Shown here piece by piece: positions 12,105 through 24,400 of a stretch of DNA of 64,000 nt. Numbering within the stretch: the first letter of the stretch is position 1; every line of letters begins with the position of its first letter. Origin of the DNA: Owenia fusiformis. Its lineage: Eukaryota. The stretch is taken from NCBI GenBank assembly GCA_903813345.2, contig CAIIXF020000001.1, positions 23,932,001 to 23,996,000 on the forward strand. The letters run 5' to 3'. Below the pieces are notes generated by a model. The model made no database searches and was not told where the DNA came from. It saw nothing but the letters and a program-made list of their open reading frames with translations. Position numbers and translations under genes: made by a program.

Positions 12105-13761
12105 TGCATGGAACAGACACCATGTTTCCATAGCTCCATAGCATTTCGTTCAGCACATTCAAAGAACAACTCTTACACGTCCCACTTTTCGTCATCCATT
12201 TTTTTATTCGATTTCAGGACTATTGATTATTTTGTTTCGCAAAGTTAAATGCATGTTTCCCGTTACATCGTCAATTAAAGATAGGATTTAGAATTAGATA
12301 TTTAGAAAGTCTATGCAAGGAGGTCTTTGGTCTATGAATTACCACATACGCATATGTGAATCAATCATCAGTAGAAATGACAGTTGATAAGTTCAAAGTT
12401 GTTAACCGTTTCCACGATGACCATGTAATATTCACTGACAACATTTTACTTATTGAATGCTGGTTATTCTACGTTAAGAAAAAGTATTTTGGGTACTAAA
12501 GACAACGCCCTCTATCGAACAGTTGTTATAGTGAATCCTCCATTGCAGATTATACAAGTAAGAATCGATACATGTAGATTTTGACCTGGACATTAAAATG
12601 CATGTGTGTCGAAAGAGAAATGTCTTACGGCTAGACTAAGATCCTCTGACATTTATTACGAGTACAGCCAAGGCACAGCTAAACAAACTGACTTTAATCT
12701 GACTCGATGTGATTACATATATATATTTACATTTTTATTTGTGTAACTGAGGAGTGCTTTCTATGAAGGCAACTCATATGCAAAACAACTCTATTTGTCA
12801 GACTGTCACTGGGCAAGAAATGAATTTTGATAGATTAATTACTTGTACTAACGTTCGTTCATTGAGTGCATATGAGAGAAGGAGGTGATGCATATAGCCT
12901 GGTCCCAGGGGAAGTATTAGCCGATCAGGACAAGTCATATATCATAATGCCTAAATGGAAGTTCAATCCCTCGCTGTGGTATATCGATATTCGATGAATT
13001 ATGATCTGACGATTGAATCTCCAAAATAGTCTATGATATCTCGTTAATAATTATGGACTGCAAAGCAAGTAATAATTAAACGGTATTTTCGTACAAAAGG
13101 CAGATATTATATTAAAGTTAACGTTGAAGGAGAAAAAATATCTGGCTAAGGCACCTCTATTGGGATATTAGTTTGAGTTCATTGGCCTAATATATGTTAT
13201 AAATGGTACAGCGACAGTAGACTTCAAATTGGATGGGTAAGATCAAACAATCAGAAACCCGGTCTTGGAAATACCTAACGTAATAAATTAATTAAAATGG
13301 ACAATACGAAATAGTTCGTTTTTTTAAATAGATAAACATTAGTAATTTGTAACTGATATTCCTTGCAAGTTGCAAGGAGCGTATTTACTTCTTGGTAAAC
13401 AAACTACATCTCTGGATGAACTTTAAATTGACGGCAAAGGACCAGATGTGCCTCAGCTTCAATTCGGATCATTGCAAAAACAAACCTGCGATTCTGGAGA
13501 ATCGAGTATTTATAGAAAAAACAATCTTGGATCTAATAAGTAACACCAGTATATATACTTTTCCCGATCAGTTCATCTTTATGTTGAGTCTGTAATTGGA
13601 GAATTTGTTTCCTTAAAAACTAAAATAATTTCTCAACAAATCTAGCAGGCTTGGCGGTTAAAAAGTGTTAGTACGTGCAAACAGCGTGATAAACTACAAT
13701 CATTTAAACAAAAGAGGACTATGGATTTTGGGTAAATAATCCCAGCTCGTAGCCTAACACT

Positions 13762-14217
13762 ATGAATTCTTCAGTTTCTTCAGTAGAGTCGTTCATACTA
13801 GGAGACTCAAAGTTGGAAAATGATCTTCAGAACTGTACTGTCTATCTCGTAGTTGATCCGCAGGAAGATCATGAGAAACTCACGCATGAGAACGAACTTA
13901 TTTACGTCGTTGTTGTTGTGACGTTTTACGCACTAACGTTAATGTCACTGATCGGGTATCAAATAAGGCGATCAAAGAGGGACGGAATGGAATTGGATTA
14001 TTTCGAGGAATATGTCCAAAGGAAATCTATGCTAACAGCAGACAAGAAAGCGCAGAAAATAAACATGATTAGGATGATTGAATCACAATTAAGCGTGGCT
14101 AGCTCTCGGGCAGCTATGACAATACCAGAGGAAGCCGAAGTAGATGTAGATGCAGAGGACGTTGAAGAAGTTGCCGAGGAAAATGATAACGTTAATAGTC
14201 GTGTGTTTATTGTATGA
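13762..14217 (+). CDS. Single-pass membrane protein, KCNE/MinK-like, 151 aa, intronless CDS
   Basis: N-terminal sequons NSS and NCT with no signal peptide, one TM (LIYVVVVVTFYALTLMSLIGY), then QIRRSKRD..ELDYFEEYV and an acidic tail. The ORF is likely real; the family call is by eye. Confidence 0.6.
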   Translation: MNSSVSSVESFILGDSKLENDLQNCTVYLVVDPQEDHEKLTHENELIYVVVVVTFYALTLMSLIGYQIRRSKRDGMELDYFEEYVQRKSMLTADKKAQKINMIRMIESQLSVASSRAAMTIPEEAEVDVDAEDVEEVAEENDNVNSRVFIV

Positions 14218-15388
14218 CACACATCTGAGGTCGTAAATAACACGGCTAGCCGTTTATTGGATATTAGTGCCTAGGGTGTTAACACTTTAGTGATTGATTA
14301 TCAACGGATTGCCTAATATTTTCTTAGATTGTCCAATATGAACCTTTCAAGCACAAGATCAGTAAACGCATTCTTTCACATTTTACGTAAAAACTTATCA
14401 CTGCGTTCAAGTGGGTTTGAACAAGTAATCTCAAATTGTTTGAGATAAATCCACTTGTAAAAAGATTACTAGGGTATATTTAACCTTTCTCCTTCGACTC
14501 ACAATCTTGACTAATTGGTACCATTTTAAAGCCTCGTTTTACAATCATTATGTAACGAATTATATACAAAACATATTCTAGCATAAACATGGCTGAGTTT
14601 AGCTGTGATGAACAATATCAATTTCCTTTAAGACTTCTATATTCAATCTATTTATGAATTAAAGGAGTATGCGATGGTTGCTTTTGGGTTTACTGACATC
14701 GCCAGTTTTGCTGAAATAAAAATATATACTTTGCATTGATTGACCACGATAAAAGATATTAGATTAGTACTAAGAAGAGAACATTGGAGAATTTATGCAT
14801 TTAACGGTAACATTTGTAAGGTAAAACGTTCCCCCTGGCCTCGTGTTTACAAAGTATTTATCAGCAGTGATACCCTGGGTATACGAGCACAGTAAACAAG
14901 GTGAAACTTTCTTTTATAGAAATAAAATCAAAGTTTTGAAAATGGTAAAGTATTGACTAGTGGATATATAATTTTATCCCATACTTGGACCTGTTACAGG
15001 TACATAAAGCCGGTTTGTAAAAACTTATATTTTCATCAGCGGGCAGATATAGCTTTACGTCCCGCTCCGAGCGGGCAGATATAGTATATCTGCCCGCTAC
15101 GTCATAATCGCTAGTTCCCGTATTGGTTCTTTTTTGTAACTCCCGCATACTGTAAACGACAATGGAGAAAAACGCAGACGATCGCGATCTGTTTGATGCT
15201 TTAAAGAGGGGAAAGAGCAGTATGCCCCGTTAATCATCAAAGATTTGAACAGGAAAATCCGGCCACGGACAAGAATACAAACTGGACATGAATATTTTAA
15301 AATAATTCCACGGTTGGTTGCAAAGTTTCTGAACTTTGGCCAATTGAACAATGTGATTGGTATGGGATAAACAGATCATCCTATAGTC

Positions 15389-15502
15389 GGTTCAGGATAT
15401 TGGGATTATCCCTTGGCCAATATAATATATCTACCCTCGGGACCTACGGCCCTCGGGCAGATATATTATATTGGCCTCGGGATAATCCCAATATCCTGAA
15501 CC
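15389..15502. repeat. Long imperfect hairpin, probably the end of a non-autonomous repeat
   Basis: GGTTCAGGATATTGGGATTATCCC..GGCCAATATAATATATCT / AGATATATTATATTGGCC..GGGATAATCCCAATATCCTGAACC; related GGGCAGATATAG motifs at about 15041-15083. Confidence 0.7.
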
Positions 15503-16853
15503 TCTTATAGGATAATCTCTATATATATAACATATGATGGGGATTTTTAAAACATTCAGGCATTCAACTTATCGTGCAAATACACAGCACCTAATATAAA
15601 TACAGATTGTATTGTTTGTTGATCAACTCGAATTACAAAAAGTGAAACCACAGAATAAAATTGTTTGTTATTACGTTATATACAAATATTTTTGCATACT
15701 TTTTAAATGGTACGGAACGCTCAATCATTTTCCCTTGACATGACACATGTAGATTGAAGGCACCTTTGTTATAACACAGGTTGAAGTTGGGGCATCTGAT
15801 GACAACTCAAATTGTATGAATAAAAGGTTACAGTTAGACTACATGTAAGTCAAGATCGATTAAGTTTAACGTGCAAGTCGGGTCGTTTTTTAGATGACAC
15901 TCATCTGGGGTCTACATTGCACAAACTCTGCATTCGTTCGACTTCGCTACTTAAAAAGAGAGCTTCGTAGTTTGTAAGTAGACTCTGCGCGCAGGGTAGA
16001 ATGTTCACTTTTGTGAATATAAAAATCGAGATAGTCGATTATATTTTTTATAGATCACTATAGAGAGCGTTGTTAGCAATTAGCGATCGAGCAACAATGA
16101 AACAGATTGATCCCCTCGTTCTACCTGCATGCTATACTCAAGACTTCAGATATAATTGGACTGGTTAGATTTTTTTATCCGGATAACAACATACTATATA
16201 TATCGATCAGAAATATTCTTCACGACAACACAATATCATGATAATATTAACAGCAAATACTTCACACACATTCAAACAAGCTGCTAGAGGAGTATATGAG
16301 AACAAGCTAAGCAAACTATACTATTTCATTCGCAGGTACCCTTGAAGTTGGGGGACAATATTTGCAGTATCTCTTAATACAACACGATGAAGGATTAATT
16401 CATGAAACATATTGCAGTGCACTACATTGCAATAATGCACTTGTTTTAACGATTAATGTGCTTATTCTATTCACTTTGACGAATGTCCTATTTTATACAT
16501 ATAAAGGACAAAATGCGTATTTGCATAATACACGTAGGAATCAATAGACTGAATAACACTTTCTAAAAAACAATTTTCGAATGTGACATTTTGTATGATC
16601 TTAACAACGTAATACAAAGGATAAGTCGCCGTATGTTAGAAGCATCGAGACGAGAGTATAATCAATATATGTGATCCACTAAGGTAATTTCATGCAAGTG
16701 GAGTAGAAAAACTATAAGTACATTTTCTAAGGTAAATACAGTTATAGAGACTGCAATTAAAACGACGGGTAGTTTTCAGGTATTAATAGCAATGTATACA
16801 GACTGAATATTTCCAATCATAAACCATATAATCACCCGACGACTTGTGCAAAA

Positions 16854-18089
16854 ATGGCTGACAAAGAAGGGAGTAATTCCCCTGGTCAAAAAGAAGGGGA
16901 CAAGGAAAACAACGACAGTAATAATGATGAGAACGTTAATGAGAAAAATACCGACAGTGAAGGTAAAACTGGTGATAAAACACAGGACTCACTGGGTGAT
17001 AATCAAAATGATAAGACCGCAAATGAAAGTGAAAAGTCATCTAATAATGACGAATCAAAAACCGATGATGGAGATACTGAAAGAGACGATGGAAATAAGG
17101 AAGACGGTGGAAATAAAAACGAGCCAGAGAAAGATGTAAGTGAACAGAAAGACGAACAAAATAAAGGGGATGATCGGCAAGAATCTTTTCTAACAGATCA
17201 GAAACAAGACAATGATCCTGATGAAGACGAAAATGATGATGCAACAGCTACTAAAGGTACCGATGGAGAGAGCAATGATGAATATGATGAACTTCCTCTT
17301 GATGATGATGACAAACCACTTGACAGCAACGGAGAAGATGATGCTAATGAAAATGGTACAAAGAATGACAAGGACGAAGAAAAGGATAACGACGATAGTG
17401 ACGACAGAACATCGAAAAGCAATACCGAATCCGATGAAGAAGGCAATGAAGATAAAGAAAATAAGGAAGATGAAAATGAGAACGAAAATGACACCGATAT
17501 GAACAATGAACGTGAACAAGCTGATCCTAAAGATACTAAGGAGGTTAATAATACTAGTGATGAAAGCCCAGAAGAACAGAAGGAAACTTCAGATACTAGT
17601 GGTGAAGCTGTAAAGGAGGATCAAGAGACAATAGAAGATCAAAAAGAACCAAGTAAAGACAGTCAGGAAGCAATTCATGAAAATCAACCTGAAATACCAG
17701 ATAGCCAAGAATCTCTCATTGAGGATCAAGAAGAGGAAGACTCGGGTAGCCAAGAACCACCTGTAGAGGAAGAAAATAAAGGCGAAGAAGGTGAAGAACA
17801 AAATGATATTAACGAGCAAGAAAAGGAGCTCTCAGATGATGACTTTGTTTTGAAGCTCAACAATAACGACATTCAAGTGATGAAAGAGACAAAGGAATGG
17901 GAAAACACATATGGTGTTGACCTCGAAGCAATGGAAAAAGACATTGAACTCCTACTGTTAGGAGAAATGGACTTGAATAATGAGAACTTAACTGATGAAG
18001 ATAAATCGTTAGTTGAGACACAGATTAAAGAAATGAAATTGTTGACGTTGGATGAACTTCTTGAAAGAACAATGTCGCCAGAATTCTAA
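16854..18089 (+). CDS. Highly acidic D/E/N/K-rich low-complexity protein, 411 aa, function unknown
   Basis: Uninterrupted 1236-nt ORF in AT-rich DNA with an aaaATGG start context; non-periodic acidic sequence with a more helical-looking C-terminal about 85 aa. Confidence 0.7.
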   Translation: MADKEGSNSPGQKEGDKENNDSNNDENVNEKNTDSEGKTGDKTQDSLGDNQNDKTANESEKSSNNDESKTDDGDTERDDGNKEDGGNKNEPEKDVSEQKDEQNKGDDRQESFLTDQKQDNDPDEDENDDATATKGTDGESNDEYDELPLDDDDKPLDSNGEDDANENGTKNDKDEEKDNDDSDDRTSKSNTESDEEGNEDKENKEDENENENDTDMNNEREQADPKDTKEVNNTSDESPEEQKETSDTSGEAVKEDQETIEDQKEPSKDSQEAIHENQPEIPDSQESLIEDQEEEDSGSQEPPVEEENKGEEGEEQNDINEQEKELSDDDFVLKLNNNDIQVMKETKEWENTYGVDLEAMEKDIELLLLGEMDLNNENLTDEDKSLVETQIKEMKLLTLDELLERTMSPEF

Positions 18090-18443
18090 CAAATGCAACG
18101 TTTATTCGACTCATTCAAACTATGTATTCATACATACACTGTAGACGATCTTCTTGTTCTGATATTGCCTTTTTCATAATATGCAAAGTAAAGAATCAAG
18201 TTATTTTCAATAAATCAATTATCATCATTACAAGCGAATCATATTTTGCCCAACTGTTACCAGCAAAGTGTTCTGCAATTTTAATTCCAGTCCCTCTCAT
18301 GTCTTTATCGACCTACCTCAGACAAGATTCACTATCTTATCATAATTTAACACGTATGAGAAGCCACGTGCATGCAAATTTTCATATATTTTTGGGATCA
18401 TTTTGTTTTTTATCAATCATCATAACACTGGATTTACCTCAAG

Positions 18444-21400
18444 ATGACACTTAAACATAGCATTGGATATTTTTGGTTACTTCTTATGGTAGGAATTTCA
18501 GAAGGGGGAATGCATAATTTAAGAGGTAAGCAATAAAGTGTTTATCTAGTTCCAGCAAATTGATAAAGTAATCAAAGAGTAATTTAGATTTTAGATTTGG
18601 ATTTAGATTTTAGATTTTATTTATTTAGGGTATTAGAGTCTCAAGCAGTACAAATTTTAGCAACAATTTTATTGGTAAAACTCTGTCATTTAGAATGACT
18701 ATAGTATTTGGAATAACAAGTATCTCATTATACAACAGATACCACTGTTATAAAAATTTTAAATTTTTTTTAAAAAACAGCAGAGATATTGATCACCGTT
18801 TACTTTTCAGAATTAACTGGGTCAATTAAATTGAAAGGAGGCACATTAAATATTGGGGTGAAAGATTCTACCTCTATGACAGGAGAGCATCCACCTAGAG
18901 AGGTCACAGTGAAACCATTTGAAATTGACATCTACCCGGTTACAAACTGGCAGTATCTGTAAGTAGATGGGGGGGGGGGGGTGCAATTCCTAAAACCAAG
19001 AAATTACTTGAAAAATAAGCTTCTAGTCTTAAAAAACTTGTACTTTCTTCAGCATGAAAAGTTAGCATACGGAATGTAATCGTTAAGACATTCATGTCAG
19101 CAACCACATGCTGAAATGTTTATTACTTGTTTCAGTCATTTTATTGGGCAAAAGAAGAAATTCATACCACTGTCTACATCTCGGGGCTGGAGCTATGTGT
19201 TTAAGAAGGACATAATGAAGGACCCTAACCGTATAACTGATAAATCCATACCCTCTCAACCCTGGTGGTCTCCTGTTAGGGGTACAACATGGGAAACGGT
19301 ATTTTCAACATACATTTTAATAATTGATTTGATTGTTTTGGTTCTGAGCTGTTACACTAGCATATTGAGATTCCTAGAGATTCATTTAAACACTGGAATT
19401 TAATGCAAAACATACGATAAATACAATAAAAACCCTACATTACTTTGCACAATATCATAGAATCGTAGAATAAAGTCCAATACAGTATCGCACTGTTCAA
19501 AAAGGAATTACAATTCAATTCAGCACAATACAAGATATAATACACTAAAGTACAATACAATGCAATTACAATTACAATACAATACCAAACCAAACAAATA
19601 TAATTATATTCATAATTACTTGATATACTTAAGGCGCAGAACTGTTCCTTGTTTCAGCCTGAAGGACCGGGTTCATCTATGAAGATGGACCACCCTGTGG
19701 TCCATGTGTCCTTTGAGGAAGCTAAACTCTACTGTAAATGGAAGGGGAAACGACTACCTACAGAGAACGAGTGGGAGTTTGCAGTCAGAGGAGGTCTCAG
19801 ATGTAAGAATCCTACATATATGTAATATTTTATACAAATGATTTAAGACATATTTGTGTGAGGTGCGTGGGAATAAGTAGGAAGATTTGCTTAATCAAAA
19901 TGAGAGAAAAATGATATTTTTCCTGTATGGCGATATTTAATTGATTGTTTATTTTTTATTTCAGCAAAGGCGTTTCCATGGGGAGATCACTATAAACCTA
20001 ACAGGATGAATGCATGGCAGGTACATTTATAATTTTAGATATTTTGTTGTACTGTATATGGATTGTATATTCTTAATTTATGATAATTATATTCAGACAA
20101 CAAAAAGAATGATTTACTAGATATCAAATTATTATTTGTTTAATATTATATCTTTGAAATATGTTTTAATAAACCTTGTCAGAAAAAAGGTTATTTACAT
20201 TTTTCTGGTATTCATTTTAGGGATCGTTTCCTCTCAAAAATACAGAATCTGATGGCTACTATACGACATCACCCGTTGACGCATTTCCACCACAGAATGA
20301 CTTCGGTAAGATATTTCTTGAGACCAAAATGAAAAAACTTTCCACCATCTAGCAAAACGTAAATGTTCCTCTGAAACTAAGAGGGGATAATCAGTCCTCG
20401 TACCCCGATTACATCAATATAAAGACCGATGAAAAGGGGGATAATCTGTACATGTACAGGTCCGCCCTTGTTGCTGGAACTATACGTTAGCACTGTCAAA
20501 ATGCATCGTCTGTTTTATCGAAAGAAAATGCTTGTCATGAACTTTGTGTTATTGAAAGTAAAAATATGGCAGTCATGGCACCTATGTAGATAAAAAAAAT
20601 CATGTCGTCATTTTTCCTATTGATCCTACATGCCATCCTTTGTTTGTTTAATCGATATTTGTTTTTGTTGATTTCTTTGTTTGGCATCGTAAAGATTGCT
20701 TGATTAAAGTTCAATGTAATGAATGTGATAAAATTCATTACATCTATGATGTTTGAAAATAGGTCATTATGGCAATCATCCAAAAATAAAACATCCCAAG
20801 TATGGGGAAACCATAACAGTATACCGTATTTAATAATGGAGAGGTTAAGCAAATACGGTTTTTCAAAACGTATACGTAAACGCAAAGTACATTGAATCAA
20901 CATAGGATTGTATCGCTTTAGTCTACTTCAGATACCCGTTCAACTTCAAAGTTGCGTGTTTAGAACGGGAGATTTAGAAATTTCACGTTGCTATCAACGG
21001 GAATCATTATACTCATGTCTGTTGAATACTATCCTTGCATTTTTGATTTCGATGCAGAGTATAATTCTTTCTGAAGAAGATGATGTATGTTACGCATGAT
21101 TTAACTCCAATAATCTCACGAAACGAGCTCATTTAAAATATGTATTAGAAAACCAGCTATTGAACTTCATCAATGGGATACTATGTAATCATTACAAGCT
21201 ATGGTGTAGTCTAAACAAACACTAGAGCTGAACGGCTATTTGTGTGTGAGCTCTACATGTATTTGTATAGGGCCGATTGATAGGTTTAAGTTGCGTTTTG
21301 GATTTTATACGGTAGCTTAACCTCTCCAATAAGGTAACATTACGGTAAATGTTACTTTATACATGTTATAATTAATGCAAGATCAGTTCCTACACAGTTC

Positions 21401-24400
21401 ATTAAAATGGGCCCAGTTTAGACATATTTATACCTATTTCGTGCATGACGTTCAGCCTCAAAATGATGTGCTGTGTAATTATTGTTATTTATAGGACTGT
21501 ATGACATGATTGGCAACGTCTGGGAATGGACGGATAGTGTCTACGAAGCACGTGGAGATAGGCATCGTTCGAGGATGGCCCAGGGGAAGGGACGTAAACA
21601 CGTTTTGAAGGGGGGTTCTTTCATAGACATAAGAGATGGTCTTCATGGGTTGGAAGACTCTAGCGTGTTGACGTTACCTGTAAGATGTGCTTCAAGGTGA
21701 GTAGTCATACATTACCATAATGAAACAACCTTCTCATGCTCATTAAATGTCAAAACTGACGAACTCCATCTGAGAAAATTTCACATCATTTTAGTTTTGC
21801 AAATGTGAATAGATGGAAGCTCAGTTCAAGTCCCGGGGATTCAAGCCCATCCATGATATCTTACTACTCTGTGGCGACCGGGGGTTCAATGGGTTCGTGC
21901 GAACCCCCGATCAAAATTTACAAACATTTTCATTACTAGTGTTTCTCATTGATTCCCACCAAACCAGTCTGGGATGTTATCGCATTGGAAATGGGAACCC
22001 ATTTCAGTTGATTCGATGGCATTCTTCTTACGATTGGACGTGGGGTTCGCTGTTTTGATGTCCTTTTGATCATCACGTGACAGGCTTACGTTTCCATTTT
22101 TGTATTCAATGATGATATAGGATTTCTAGCGTTCTGATTGGCATATGTGGCATGAATAATATTAATATATTAACATACAGAATAGCGACGTCACGTTGTC
22201 ACATTATATGACCTTGAAATTGGGTAAATATGAACCTGAAAACTTCCTAGGGACAATACTAAAAGGGTTGATGAATTGTCCCAAATGGTATAACTTATGG
22301 GGACAACACATCAGCCCTCAGCGAATCATTCCCATGATGATTTCAGAGCATATATGGATTGTACATTAATCCATAATAAATTGTCTCTAGGAGGTGGTGT
22401 AAATAGTGATCATTAACTCATTTGAATTTGTTGGGTGAAAAATAGATTGACACAGGGATAAATGATCAGATCTCCCTTTTTGTGAATATAGATTTCTGAA
22501 ATTCCATAGTTTGACGAGACAGCCTGTTGGCCATATTCATATTGGCAAGGTGGGATATTAATTCGGAGTAACTGAAAACTTTACTGTAAATCAAGATGCC
22601 CCTTAAGGCCCAAATCCAAGCTCAGCTTTGTTTATATTCTATTAATAATAAAGTCCCTTGGCTCAAATCAAACTGAAATCGACTGTGCTTCATATTTCTG
22701 TAGCCTATTTTGACCCCACCTCGCAGATGATATCTAATGTTCGATACTCTAAACATAGAAAGGAGTGGTATCGATATGGTGAACTTTTTGAACACATGTT
22801 TCTTTTAAACCAGTCATCAAAACATTTTGAAAATTTTACACATCGTCAATTTAATGGTCATGTTTTGGATAATAACATTATAATTTAGATTGTTTCAGAA
22901 AACACATTAGACACTTCTTTTGTTCTTGGAACCATATGTTCGAAATAAAATGAAACATTTATCCGAACCTCATTGGAACAAAACGACATAAACACAACGT
23001 GGTTAGGGCTCTCAATATTGTAATTGTACAAAGGAAAGTTTGGTTGATTTTAAAAAAGTATCTTGTAAGTGAAATAAAAGGTTTATCTTAATTTTTATCT
23101 ATTTTGGGGGGTTTTGTTTTAATTTTTTGCATACTTTTTGTAAAATCAACCAAAATTTCCTTTGTATAACTATAATATTAAGAGGTCTAAGAAAATGTTG
23201 TATATGCTATTTTCCTCCAACAAGCTTCGGAAAGTCATTTTATTTCATTCTCAAGAATTGGTAGAAAGGAACAAGAAACAATTGCACTAAAAACAAAAAA
23301 TGTTAACAAAAACAGTTATATAAAATATATAAAAATAATCATCACATTAAATTGTTGTCGATTAGTCAACATTACATAAAGGACCGTGTTTTTACAGAAT
23401 GTTTTCAATAATTGGTTTAAGAGAAAAACATTGTTGAATTCAGTTCACCATATCGATACCTATCCTTTGGCATTTCGCGGATATATATTGTTATCTACAT
23501 TTTACACCTACAAAAATCAGATTTAGTCCCCGGACTCAAGATTAATTACGAATTCATTTACATAGTTTGCCTTTACAATACATGTTTTGCCTTTCGTGCA
23601 TTTTCAAAGTAATGATTCAAAGAGAAGAGAGTACTGTGGTTTGACCGATAATATTACCTATTATTTTACTAAAGTTAGATTTATGGACAGAATACGATCA
23701 CATTACAAAAAATAGAGACTGCAACGAGATATTTAAAACGTTGACATCTGGTTAGTCTAAAGCAGTGTTGTATCTCACTAGTCTAAAGCAGTAGTATCTC
23801 ACTAGTCTAAAGCAGTTGTATCTCACTAGTCTAAAGCAGTTGTATCTCATTAGACTAAAGCAGTTGTATCTCACTAGTCTAAAGCAGTTGTATCTCACTA
23901 GTCTAAAGCAGTTGTATCTCACTAGTCTAAAGCAGTTCTATCTCACTAGTCTAAAGCAGTTGTATCTCACTAGTCTAAAGCAGTTGTATCTCACTAGTCT
24001 AAAGCAGTTGTATCTCACTAGTCTAAAGCAGTTGTATCTCATTAGTCTAAAGCAGTTGTATCTCACTAGTCTAAAGCAGTTGTATCTCACTAGTCTAAAG
24101 CAGTTGTATCTCACTAGTCTAAAGCAGTTGTATCTCACTAGTCTTAAAGCAGTTGTATCTCACTAGTATAAAGCAGTTGTATCTCACTAGTCTAAAGCAG
24201 TTGTATCTCACTAGTCTTAAAGCAGTTGTATCTCACTAGTCTAAAGCAGTTGTATCTCACTAGTCTAAAGCAGTTGTATCTCACTAGTCTAAAGCAGTTG
24301 TATCTCACATGTCTTAAAGCAGTTGTATCTCACTAGTCTAAAGCAGTTGTATGTCACATGTCTTAAAGTAGTTGTATCTCACTAGTCTAAAGCAGTTGTA

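Noticed and set aside
17041-17819. Antisense and alternate-frame ORFs over the acidic gene (Ser-, Phe/Ile- or Met-rich)
   Set aside because: Shadow frames of a GAN/AAN-rich low-complexity CDS.
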